A stretch of DNA of 64,000 nt from Gemmatimonas sp. (lineage in GTDB: Bacteria; Gemmatimonadota; Gemmatimonadetes; Gemmatimonadales; Gemmatimonadaceae). Location: the NCBI GenBank assembly GCA_965279375.1, contig OZ257156.1, positions 4,352,001 to 4,416,000 on the forward strand, read 5' to 3'. Of the stretch, positions 30,085-38,465 are shown one piece after another; positions within the stretch are counted from its first letter, which is position 1, and each line of letters opens with the position of its first letter. The position numbers and the translations under genes were made by a program. Below the pieces are notes generated by a model, which worked only from the letters and a program-made list of their open reading frames with translations, made no database searches and had not been told where the DNA came from.

Positions 30085-31014
30085 ATGCGCAAATCCCGTC
30101 CCGATTCCACGCCCCATGACCCGTCGGCCGTCGGCGCTTCGCCTGGCAGATCGGTCGGTGTCGACGCCGCCGTCTCGGGCGGTCAGCCAGTGGCGGCCGG
30201 TGAGACGCGGCGCACTCGCGGCTGGCTGAAGGCGGGCGCTCCGCCCGCACGACCTCCGCGACGGCTGCTCGTCCGCATCGCCATCGCGCTGACGTCCAGT
30301 ACTGCCATCCTCCTCGTGGCGGGTCTCGCCGCGGCTGCCGCCGTCGTTCCGCCCATCGGAGCGCGTCGCGCCGCACGCGACGCGGCGGAGCGCGAAGTGC
30401 GATCGCAGCTTTTCGCAGATGAACGCGTGGTTCACACGGCGTTTGCATCACAGCGACGTTGGACGGACATGTGGCGCGAGTCGTTCGGGGTGGTCGTGGC
30501 GACTGACCGTCGCCTGCTGTACGTGGGCACGCCGCCCACTCCAATGCTCCGTCCACTGGAAGACGGGCCAATTGAACTGCTCGTGGAGAGCTATCCGTAC
30601 GACGCGACTTTCAGTCTCGAACCGCGCTCGCTCTTTCGCGGCTACGGGCGAGGGCTGGTGTTGCGCCTGCCGCTTCGCGAAGTGGACTTCATTGTGGACG
30701 ACGCGCAGTGGCGTAACGCGCTCGCTGTCTCGCAAGCGGCAAAAGCAGCGCGCACCGCCTTCACCGCGGACGCGCAGGCCAGCGAGGCGACAACGCGTCC
30801 TGCCGCTCCGCCCGCCGCGGTCTACCGAACATACATCGTGCAGCGCGGCGAGAACCTCACCGGTCTTGCGCGGCGCTTTCGTACATCACCGGACGTGTTG
30901 CGGCAACTCAACCAGCTCCCTGACGATGAGATCCGCTCGGGACAGCGGCTGCGCGTGCCGGCGGTCAGCGAACCCTCGGTGCCGAAAACAGACTCGACCT
31001 CGACGAGCCGCTGA
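30085..31014 (+). CDS. Membrane-anchored LysM-domain protein
   Basis: TM helix, a central region resembling a PH-type fold (GVVVATDRRLLY), C-terminal LysM YIVQRGENLTGLARRF...LNQL...IRSGQRLRVP. Confidence 0.8.
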   Translation: MRKSRPDSTPHDPSAVGASPGRSVGVDAAVSGGQPVAAGETRRTRGWLKAGAPPARPPRRLLVRIAIALTSSTAILLVAGLAAAAAVVPPIGARRAARDAAEREVRSQLFADERVVHTAFASQRRWTDMWRESFGVVVATDRRLLYVGTPPTPMLRPLEDGPIELLVESYPYDATFSLEPRSLFRGYGRGLVLRLPLREVDFIVDDAQWRNALAVSQAAKAARTAFTADAQASEATTRPAAPPAAVYRTYIVQRGENLTGLARRFRTSPDVLRQLNQLPDDEIRSGQRLRVPAVSEPSVPKTDSTSTSR

Positions 31015-31021
31015 CCCCGAG

Positions 31022-33028
31022 CTACCGGCGAGCGGTCGTGCCCGTCTGTCCAAGGGAGCTGGTATCGGTGAGTGCGCGAAGCATCGCCACCAATGCGGCG
31101 CGCTCCGGGCGTGTGAGTTGTAGCGGCTCGCGAGGCAACGTCTGGTTCGGCAGCGCGACGCCGATACCGGCGCCTCCGCCGCGATTGTAAAAGTCCACCA
31201 CCTCGTCGAGCGTGCGGTACACGCCGTTGTGCATGTACGGCGCGGTCAACGCCACGTTCCGAAGCCCCGGCGTTTTAAACGCGTACAGGTGCGGCGCCGC
31301 GTGCGTCACCCGAAAGCGACCCGAGTCCGGATCGATCTTCGCGCCCCGCCAAACCGGCGAAGAAGGCACGCCGATTACCTCCACGTCCGTACTCTGAAAA
31401 TTCGGCGGCACCGATCCGGTGAAGAGCGGAATGAAATGACAGGTGGCGCACTTCGCCTTCCCCGAGAACAGGTTGAAACCGGCGCGCTCTTCAGCACTCA
31501 GCGCCGTGCTGTCGCCGCGTAATGCACGGTCCACTCGTGTGTTCAGTCCATTCAACGAGCGCAGGTACGCGGCAAGCGCCACCCGCAGCCGCTCGCCGTT
31601 GATCGCTGAGTCCGCGTGCGCTTCGCGCAATCGAAACGCTCTGGAGAACGCGAGTCGATACGAAGTATCCGCCGACAGTCGGGCGGCAGTCGCTTCCACA
31701 CTGCTGTGCATCTCGTTCGGGTTGCCAACAACCGCCTCTACCTGATCCTCGAGATACGCCGTTCGCTGATCGTAGAATGATCCGTTCTGCAGGCCAACGT
31801 TCAAGACGGTCGGGGTGTTGCGCATGCTGGCCGCGCTTTCGCCGCGGCGCGAGACACTTCGCGAGCGCCCATCGGTGAACGCACGCTGCGGATCATGGCA
31901 GGTCGCGCAGGACTGCGTGCCATCTGCGGTCAAGCGCGTATCGAAGAAGAGGCGACGGCCGAGTGCCACCTGCTCGGGGCGATCGGGCTCGCTCAATGGA
32001 TTCGCGAACGCGTGCGCATCGATGGCTGCGCTGTCGAAGAGCGATCGCGCTTCCAGGCGAAAGGCGCGGCGATCTTGCGGCGGAACCAGCGCGAGGCGCT
32101 CCCGGGCACGCTCCACCGCGTGCGCGAGGGGATTCACGTGCGCGACGATGAACTCCAACCGATCGAACGTTGCGAACGACGGAGACTGCTCGAGCATCGC
32201 GATCGTGCGCTGCATCAGCGGCGCGATCGCCGACGCGCTTTCCGCCCCCGTATCCGTCGCTACGGCCTGCGACGCGCCTTCATAGACGCTCAGCGCGTCC
32301 GCTACACCTCGCAGTGCCGCTGCGGTCTCGTTCAGCGATTCCAACGCGATGGGCGAGTCGTATCCTGTGATGCCCAAGGTGGAGACGCGCGCCAACTCCA
32401 GTCGCGCCGCGTCCCATACACGATCGTCGGTGACGACTTGCACGGACGCCGTCGTTCGAAGTCGCCTTGTCAACGCACGTAGATTCTGCACCTCACGCGC
32501 GAGCGAGACGGCATCGACGACCGCCTCCTGCGCGAAGAGCATCTCCTCGATGACCTGAAAGCCTTCGGGCGGGAAGACGACCTCGGGCCCTTCTTGCGCC
32601 TCGACGCGCGGCAGCGCCGGCCCATTCATGGTCGCGGCCGTCGTCGGCTCGTAGTAGGCCGTGAGAAACTCGGCGCGCTTGAACGCCAGTCGGCTTTCGC
32701 GAAACAGCGCGCGCACGACCTCCAGATGCTTTGTCTGCTTGTCAGCGCCGCTCAGCGCTACGGCGCCAGCCTCGAGACGCTCGAGGCGCTGTGCCAGACT
32801 ATCGATGTCGGCAACCCATTGCGTACGCACCGCGACTGCGGCCGACGTCATCCCGCCCGTACCGCTCTCGGGGGCAACGGTTGATCCTCCGCGCGGGTTC
32901 GCTGGCGCTGACGAGCGCTCTCCGCAGCCGACGATCACGGCGAGCGCCAACACTACGAGTCCGCTGCGCGACTGAACTGCAAAGGGCCGGCGCAATGCGC
33001 CGGCCCCTGACTTCGTGTTGCAATTCAT
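31022..33028 (-). CDS. Di-heme cytochrome c peroxidase/MauG-family lipoprotein with N-terminal imelysin-like helical domain
   Basis: LGRRLFFD, two CATCH heme motifs, RNTPTVLN, FKTPGLRNVALTAPYMHNG. N-domain contains GFQVIEEMLF and there is a lipobox-like IVGC. TGATG overlap with the upstream gene. Confidence 0.85.
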   Translation of the reverse strand: MNCNTKSGAGALRRPFAVQSRSGLVVLALAVIVGCGERSSAPANPRGGSTVAPESGTGGMTSAAVAVRTQWVADIDSLAQRLERLEAGAVALSGADKQTKHLEVVRALFRESRLAFKRAEFLTAYYEPTTAATMNGPALPRVEAQEGPEVVFPPEGFQVIEEMLFAQEAVVDAVSLAREVQNLRALTRRLRTTASVQVVTDDRVWDAARLELARVSTLGITGYDSPIALESLNETAAALRGVADALSVYEGASQAVATDTGAESASAIAPLMQRTIAMLEQSPSFATFDRLEFIVAHVNPLAHAVERARERLALVPPQDRRAFRLEARSLFDSAAIDAHAFANPLSEPDRPEQVALGRRLFFDTRLTADGTQSCATCHDPQRAFTDGRSRSVSRRGESAASMRNTPTVLNVGLQNGSFYDQRTAYLEDQVEAVVGNPNEMHSSVEATAARLSADTSYRLAFSRAFRLREAHADSAINGERLRVALAAYLRSLNGLNTRVDRALRGDSTALSAEERAGFNLFSGKAKCATCHFIPLFTGSVPPNFQSTDVEVIGVPSSPVWRGAKIDPDSGRFRVTHAAPHLYAFKTPGLRNVALTAPYMHNGVYRTLDEVVDFYNRGGGAGIGVALPNQTLPREPLQLTRPERAALVAMLRALTDTSSLGQTGTTARR

Positions 33029-34485
33029 CAGCGCGGCAATCCCTTCACCACAACGAGCTGGCTTGCCTGCTGTTCGGCAGGACGGACCGTTCCGCCGTCG
33101 ACGCCCTGATACTTGGCTGCCTGCCACGAGTGCGGCTGCAGCGAAAGCATGAACGTGTTGGGCGTCTGCAGCTGATCGGAGATGTCGATCATCGCGCCAT
33201 ACTCCCAGCCTGCCTTGCCTTCGGCACGCGCGCCCACGGCGTTGTACTTGGCCGCATCGGTGGCCGTGCGGCGGTGGTCCAGCTGCAACACCGGACGCAG
33301 CTCCTTCGTCGCGATGTTGTACTGGTAGATGTAGCCATCATGCGTCTCGTCGCCGTAGCCGTTGTCGTCTTCCTGCACGTACAGATAGTTGGTGCCCACC
33401 ATGATGTTGTCAGGGTTCTGGAACAGCTTTGCGGGCCCCGAACGATCGTCGCCGTCGAGAATCACTTCCAGATTGCCCTTGAGCGGATCGGCGGCATCGA
33501 GGGTGATGCGATACACGCGGCCGTATTTGGCGCGCGAGTAGTCGGCGTTCACGCCGGTGTTGTTCTGGCCGGTCACGGTGAAGTACGCTTCGCGCCCCGT
33601 GCCTTCCTTCCGATAGTCGATGTCTTCGACGCGGCCGAACGCGACCGACTTGAGCGTCGCGGTCGCAAGGTTGAGCTGACGGCCCGTCATGGCCGTATGG
33701 TTCACCAGTTCGCGGAACACCACCGGATACGTCTGTCCGACCACCATGTCGCGTTCCTTCGTCACGTCGTTCGTGCGGGCGAGCGCGTACAGCTTCCCGT
33801 TGTTCAGGTCACCCAACGTGTTCGACACGTACAACACCAACTGACCACCCTCGGCGCCGGAATCATCGTCGCCCAACAGGATGACGGTCTTGCCCGCGTA
33901 CGCATTCTTCGGCAGCGGCACCGCGTTCTCCGTGTTCCAGCGACCAAAGCCCGTCAGGTAGGTCGGCGTGTTTACCGGACCGAACGGGTTGACGCTGAGC
34001 ACCTGCGACTCTTCGCTGCTCTCGCCGGCCGTGATGTACAGCGGACCGAAGCCGTGCTCGGCTACCGTCACCATCGTCGCCGAACACAGGCGATACTTGC
34101 CGTTCGTCGAGTTCACGACGTACTCGCCGCGAATCGCCTTGAACGTCGAGTCGAACGTGATGCGAGAGACGGAGAAATTGTCTTCGTGATTGACCAGCGC
34201 CGTGAATGACTTGTCGGCATTGCGAATCAGTCCGGAACCGTCCGCCGAGCCGCCGAAGATGAACGACGGCGAACCCGGGAGCACGTCGTCGCTGCCCACG
34301 ACGGTGTAGATGTCCACGCCGGAGATCAGGCTCTTCACGAGCGCCGGCGTCACGGAATTGTTCTTGAGTACCACAGGGTTCGGCGCGACGCTCGTCACGT
34401 CGGCATCGTCGCCACAACCGCCCAGTGCCAGCATGGTCGCCGCTGCGCCAACGGCGGCGCTCGCGCGAGCAAAAGTCCACTTCAT
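33028..34485 (-). CDS. phoX: PhoX/DUF839-family alkaline phosphatase-like lipoprotein
   Basis: Candidate metal-ligand motifs VNHE, LCSAT, GE(S)SEE, TENAV, GDDD, RVEDID, NPDN, QED, WE and LQPH. Lipobox LGGC. Confidence 0.8.
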   Translation of the reverse strand: MKWTFARASAAVGAAATMLALGGCGDDADVTSVAPNPVVLKNNSVTPALVKSLISGVDIYTVVGSDDVLPGSPSFIFGGSADGSGLIRNADKSFTALVNHEDNFSVSRITFDSTFKAIRGEYVVNSTNGKYRLCSATMVTVAEHGFGPLYITAGESSEESQVLSVNPFGPVNTPTYLTGFGRWNTENAVPLPKNAYAGKTVILLGDDDSGAEGGQLVLYVSNTLGDLNNGKLYALARTNDVTKERDMVVGQTYPVVFRELVNHTAMTGRQLNLATATLKSVAFGRVEDIDYRKEGTGREAYFTVTGQNNTGVNADYSRAKYGRVYRITLDAADPLKGNLEVILDGDDRSGPAKLFQNPDNIMVGTNYLYVQEDDNGYGDETHDGYIYQYNIATKELRPVLQLDHRRTATDAAKYNAVGARAEGKAGWEYGAMIDISDQLQTPNTFMLSLQPHSWQAAKYQGVDGGTVRPAEQQASQLVVVKGLPR

Positions 34486-34678
34486 CACAATCGTCCTCCA
34501 GGCGGGCATCCCGCCATCCCGTGAATGCATGACGCGGAGATGCCGTGTCACGTCGCGGCGCAGTATCGCCCGGCGAATGCTGCGACTCCGTGACTGCTAT
34601 GTCACGAACTGGCTGCTAGTCTGTCGCAAGCAGGCAAATGAGGGCGCAATTGTCGGAACTGCAGTTCAGACTAGAGTG

Positions 34679-35113
34679 ATGGCCACGGTCTCGAGGCGTC
34701 AGTTCATCGCGCAGTCCACGGCATTGCTGCCAACGGTCCTGGCGTGCACCGAGTCAATCGCCGGTCCAGACATCGCCGCTGGCAATGGCATCGATGTCAC
34801 GCGCGATGCCGTTCGCCTCGACCTGACGCGCATCCCGGCACTGAATCGGGTCGGCGGTTCGCTCGTCGTCGCCGAGGCCAACATCATTGTGCTTCGGCTC
34901 GGGCCTGACGACTTCCGAGCATTCTCGAACATCTGTACGCATGCCGGGTGCGGCATCTACGAGTTCGCGCGAGAGCGCATGCGGTGTCAGTGCCATGGCT
35001 CCGAGTTCGATCTCGACGGCCTCAACGTCGCCGGACCCGCACCCGCTCCGCTACCGCGCCTGGTACTTCAAGTCGAACAGGCCGGTCGCGCCATTCGGAT
35101 CAGCCGACTGTAG
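34679..35113 (+). CDS. Rieske [2Fe-2S] protein, Tat-exported lipoprotein
   Basis: SRRQFI twin-arginine motif, lipobox VLAC, Rieske boxes CTHAGC and CQCHGS, GPAPAPL. Confidence 0.9.
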   Translation: MATVSRRQFIAQSTALLPTVLACTESIAGPDIAAGNGIDVTRDAVRLDLTRIPALNRVGGSLVVAEANIIVLRLGPDDFRAFSNICTHAGCGIYEFARERMRCQCHGSEFDLDGLNVAGPAPAPLPRLVLQVEQAGRAIRISRL

Positions 35114-35127
35114 CATCCACAGTCCGA

Positions 35128-35847
35128 TCAGGGCGCTGGTGCTCGTGCAGGAACCAGTTGCATGACATCGTCCAGCAGCGCGGCCAGGTTTCCGTCGAAG
35201 TGATGCCCGCCGGACCGTTCATCAACGCGCATGAGTCCCGCCGGCAGCCCTCGGCAACCTGAGCTCTTCTCCTCGGTGCCCGATACACACACCATCGGAA
35301 GTCCGCGCAGCCGTTCCAATTCCGGATGAATCGGGATGTCCGTTACACGCGGCGTGTCCTTGACGAGATCGCTCCAGTGGAACTCGAATGACGCCATCGG
35401 AGCGAGCCCGAACAGTGCGAGTCCGACCAGCTCGTCACGCAACGCGCGCGGCAAGCGAGTGGCAACGAAAGGCGCCATGTCAGCGCCGCGCGAATAGCCA
35501 ACCAACAACAGTCGGTCGCCCGGACTACGCGCACGTGCTTCCGCGATCGCACGCTCGATTGCCTTTGCCGTCTCATCCGGCGTCTTTGGCGAAGATAGCC
35601 ACGTGCGAGAGTTCACTCCCACGACCGCGATACCACGTGCGGCAAGCCCGTCCGCGATGGAGCGAATCAACTCCGCCCACCCGCCATCTCCGCTCAACAA
35701 CACCGCGGTCAAATGTGCTGATGGGCCGCGCGGCGCAACGAACGTCAGATCCAGATCGCCCTCGCGCATACTCGATTGCGCCTGCAAGAGGACGGGAGAC
35801 AGCAGTGCGGCCAACAGCAAGCGTCGGAATGCACGTCGGGTTGTCAT
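35128..35847 (-). CDS. acvB: AcvB/VirJ-family lysyl-phosphatidylglycerol hydrolase
   Basis: LSGDGGW, GYSRGAD, GGHHFDG and a signal peptide. Directly downstream of mprF. Confidence 0.85.
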   Translation of the reverse strand: MTTRRAFRRLLLAALLSPVLLQAQSSMREGDLDLTFVAPRGPSAHLTAVLLSGDGGWAELIRSIADGLAARGIAVVGVNSRTWLSSPKTPDETAKAIERAIAEARARSPGDRLLLVGYSRGADMAPFVATRLPRALRDELVGLALFGLAPMASFEFHWSDLVKDTPRVTDIPIHPELERLRGLPMVCVSGTEEKSSGCRGLPAGLMRVDERSGGHHFDGNLAALLDDVMQLVPARAPAP

Positions 35848-38465
35848 CACTTGCGAACGATGCCTCCAAGACCACCAGAGATGAGAGATGCGACATTCGC
35901 GAGAATGCGAGGCAGCGCGAGCCCTCCCGGTGACGCGAGATAGCGCGGCTGCCACACAGGATCGAACTTCTCCTTGTACTGCCGCAGGCCGCGAAAGTTG
36001 TAGAAGTGTTCTCCGAACCTGAACACAAGCGCTCCGGCTCGCGCCCACAGCGGCGCCAGCGCGCGATTCTCGAGACCGGACAGCGGCGCCATTCCAAGAT
36101 TGCAACGATCGTACCCTTCTTCATGCCCCCACTGCATGAGTTGGATGAACAGATAGTCCATCATCCCCGGCGGTGCGGCGCGCGTCCACCGCATGAGATC
36201 GACACTGAGCTCGGACTTGTTCGCCGTCGACCAGATGTTCGCGAAGGCGACGGGCACGCCGAGGTGGCGTACCAAGGCGATCGGATGATGGGAGAGATAC
36301 GATTCATCGAACCGGCCAAGCGAGAACCCCTTTTCTCTCGCGCTCTTCTCGGCGAGCCACGCATTCGAGATGTTTCGCAGCACGGGCATGAGCGGCAACG
36401 TGTCCGCCGGCTGCACGATCTCGAAACTCACCTGGCGCTTCTCCGCCTCCTTGAGCGAGCGACGCAATCCCTTTCGACGGCTGCCATCCAGCGTGAAGTC
36501 TCGAAGCGGTACGATCGCCTCCTCGCCCAGCTTGAGCAGCGAAAGACCAAGATCGATGTAGAGCGGGAGCCGTTCCGTGCCGACCTCGTAGAACACGGTC
36601 CAGCCGCCATGTCGATCGGCCATTTCGCGAAAGCGCCACGCCAACTCGGCGCCGGCCGACTCGTCCCCGAATGGATCGCCCAATGCAACCCAGCTGCGCC
36701 CTTCCACGCCGTACATCAGCATCGCCGACGTGGCGTCGTCGAGGAGCAACGCCTTGTCACCCAGCAGCGCGAGGTTCGAGCGCGTGTCGTCAGTCGCGGC
36801 AACGATTCGCTCTGCGCGCGACAGCTCGGCAACAGTCGGCAACTCGGGCTCGGCGGGCGATTGGCGCAGCAACCGCCAGAGGGCGAGAACGACTACGCTC
36901 CCCAGCACCGCGAACGTCGCACGCAGAAATCTCGGCGCGTCGGCGTTGCGACTGAATCGCCACCACAAATCGTTGTTGTACTCCACGTGCCGAAATGCGA
37001 ACATGCCGAATGCCACGCTCGCCCCGATCGCACTGACGATCGCTACGATCCACTCGGGCTCGAGCGGTTCCGCGAACAGCGCCGCGCGTCGATGAAACGC
37101 GCGCCGACTCGGTATCAGGATGCACAGCACGCTCCCCAGGATCGCGGCCTCCTCGAAGTCGAGCCCCTTGAGCAGCGATGAGACGATACCGGCGCTCAGT
37201 GCGCAGACCGCCAGCACCCACGCTGCATCCAGTCGACGGCGCAGCGCCCATGCCAGCAAGACAAGCGCTGCACCGAGCAGGCTGCCCGTCAGGTGCGACA
37301 GTTCGATCACGCCCAGCGGCAGCAGGCGATCGAGCACCGCCATTCGTCCGCGCTCGGACGGTGTCGCACCAGACACGAGCAACACGAGTCCCGCGAGGAA
37401 CGTTGCCAGGCTGAGCGCGGTCGGAAGCATCGCTGGCCCAAACCGGCCGGCGACGCGCGCCGTTGCTTTGGCGGCAGACGCGATCAACACACGTCGCCGC
37501 TGAATCAGCATTCCCGCCAGCGCCAGCGACGCCAGCATAAACGGCAACAAGTAGTAGATCGCGCGATAGACCACCAATGCGGCGACCGCTTGCTCCGCCC
37601 CAACGTGCGGCGAGAGCAGCAGGACCATCAGCGAATCGAATACACCCAGACCGCCGGGCACATGGCTGATGAGACCAACGCCCTGCGCGAGTGCGAAGAA
37701 GCCGAGGAAGGCGAGGAACGAGATGCCAGGTGTCGGCGGCAGCAGCACCCACGCCACGACGCCCGCGAGCAGCCAGTCGGCGCACGCTACCGCAAACTGG
37801 GAGAGGGTGAGCGCGGGGCCCGGCGCATCGAACGTCAGGCCGCCGATGGTGATCGGATCGCGTCGTACGCAGCCGAGAACGAGATACGCCGCGACAAGCG
37901 CCAGGAGCACGATGCCCACCGGTCGCAACCATAGCTCTGAGCTGTAGGCCAGCACGGCGGTGGGCAACGTCTCGAAGGTGAGCGCAAGACCGCACGCGGT
38001 AAGGATGCCGAGCCAGAATCCGACCGCCGAGAAGGTGGCTGCACGAGCGACGTCGCCGGTGGTCAGCCCCTGCGCCGACCAGAAGCGCAGTCGAAACGCA
38101 CCGCCGGTGATCGCGGCGAAGCCCAGGCTCTGGCTGAATGCGTACGCGAACAGAGAAGCGCGCAGCGCGTAGCGAAGCGGCATGCGTTGCTTGGCGTAGC
38201 GAAGCCCCAGCAGGTCGTACATCGGGAGCACGCAATAGCACGCGACCGTGGCCAGCAACGCTTCGAGAATATGACGCGTCGGCAACTCGCCGACACTGCG
38301 CATGACCGCGCGATAGGACGTGGTCTGCAGCTCGGAGCGAATCGCGATTGCGGCGAGCACCAGCACAAACAGCGAGAGGAAGGGCATCAGCCATCTGCGC
38401 CACTTCGAATCCCCAGGATGTAGCGCCGACGCGCCCGCATGCAGCGGTTGGATTGGAGCGCTCAT
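35847..38465 (-). CDS. mprF: Bifunctional aminoacyl(lysyl)-phosphatidylglycerol synthase/flippase MprF
   Basis: About 14 TM segments, SHVPGGLGVFD, LALLGDK, WVALGDP, KLGEEA, EKGFSLG, SVDLMR, NLGMAPLSG, FYNFRGLRQYKEKF. Confidence 0.95.
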   Translation of the reverse strand: MSAPIQPLHAGASALHPGDSKWRRWLMPFLSLFVLVLAAIAIRSELQTTSYRAVMRSVGELPTRHILEALLATVACYCVLPMYDLLGLRYAKQRMPLRYALRASLFAYAFSQSLGFAAITGGAFRLRFWSAQGLTTGDVARAATFSAVGFWLGILTACGLALTFETLPTAVLAYSSELWLRPVGIVLLALVAAYLVLGCVRRDPITIGGLTFDAPGPALTLSQFAVACADWLLAGVVAWVLLPPTPGISFLAFLGFFALAQGVGLISHVPGGLGVFDSLMVLLLSPHVGAEQAVAALVVYRAIYYLLPFMLASLALAGMLIQRRRVLIASAAKATARVAGRFGPAMLPTALSLATFLAGLVLLVSGATPSERGRMAVLDRLLPLGVIELSHLTGSLLGAALVLLAWALRRRLDAAWVLAVCALSAGIVSSLLKGLDFEEAAILGSVLCILIPSRRAFHRRAALFAEPLEPEWIVAIVSAIGASVAFGMFAFRHVEYNNDLWWRFSRNADAPRFLRATFAVLGSVVVLALWRLLRQSPAEPELPTVAELSRAERIVAATDDTRSNLALLGDKALLLDDATSAMLMYGVEGRSWVALGDPFGDESAGAELAWRFREMADRHGGWTVFYEVGTERLPLYIDLGLSLLKLGEEAIVPLRDFTLDGSRRKGLRRSLKEAEKRQVSFEIVQPADTLPLMPVLRNISNAWLAEKSAREKGFSLGRFDESYLSHHPIALVRHLGVPVAFANIWSTANKSELSVDLMRWTRAAPPGMMDYLFIQLMQWGHEEGYDRCNLGMAPLSGLENRALAPLWARAGALVFRFGEHFYNFRGLRQYKEKFDPVWQPRYLASPGGLALPRILANVASLISGGLGGIVRK

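Noticed and set aside
34529..34546. Possible Pho box upstream of phoX (ATGACGC/ATGCCGT, 11-bp spacing)
   Set aside because: The match to the CTGTCAT repeat is too weak to distinguish from chance.
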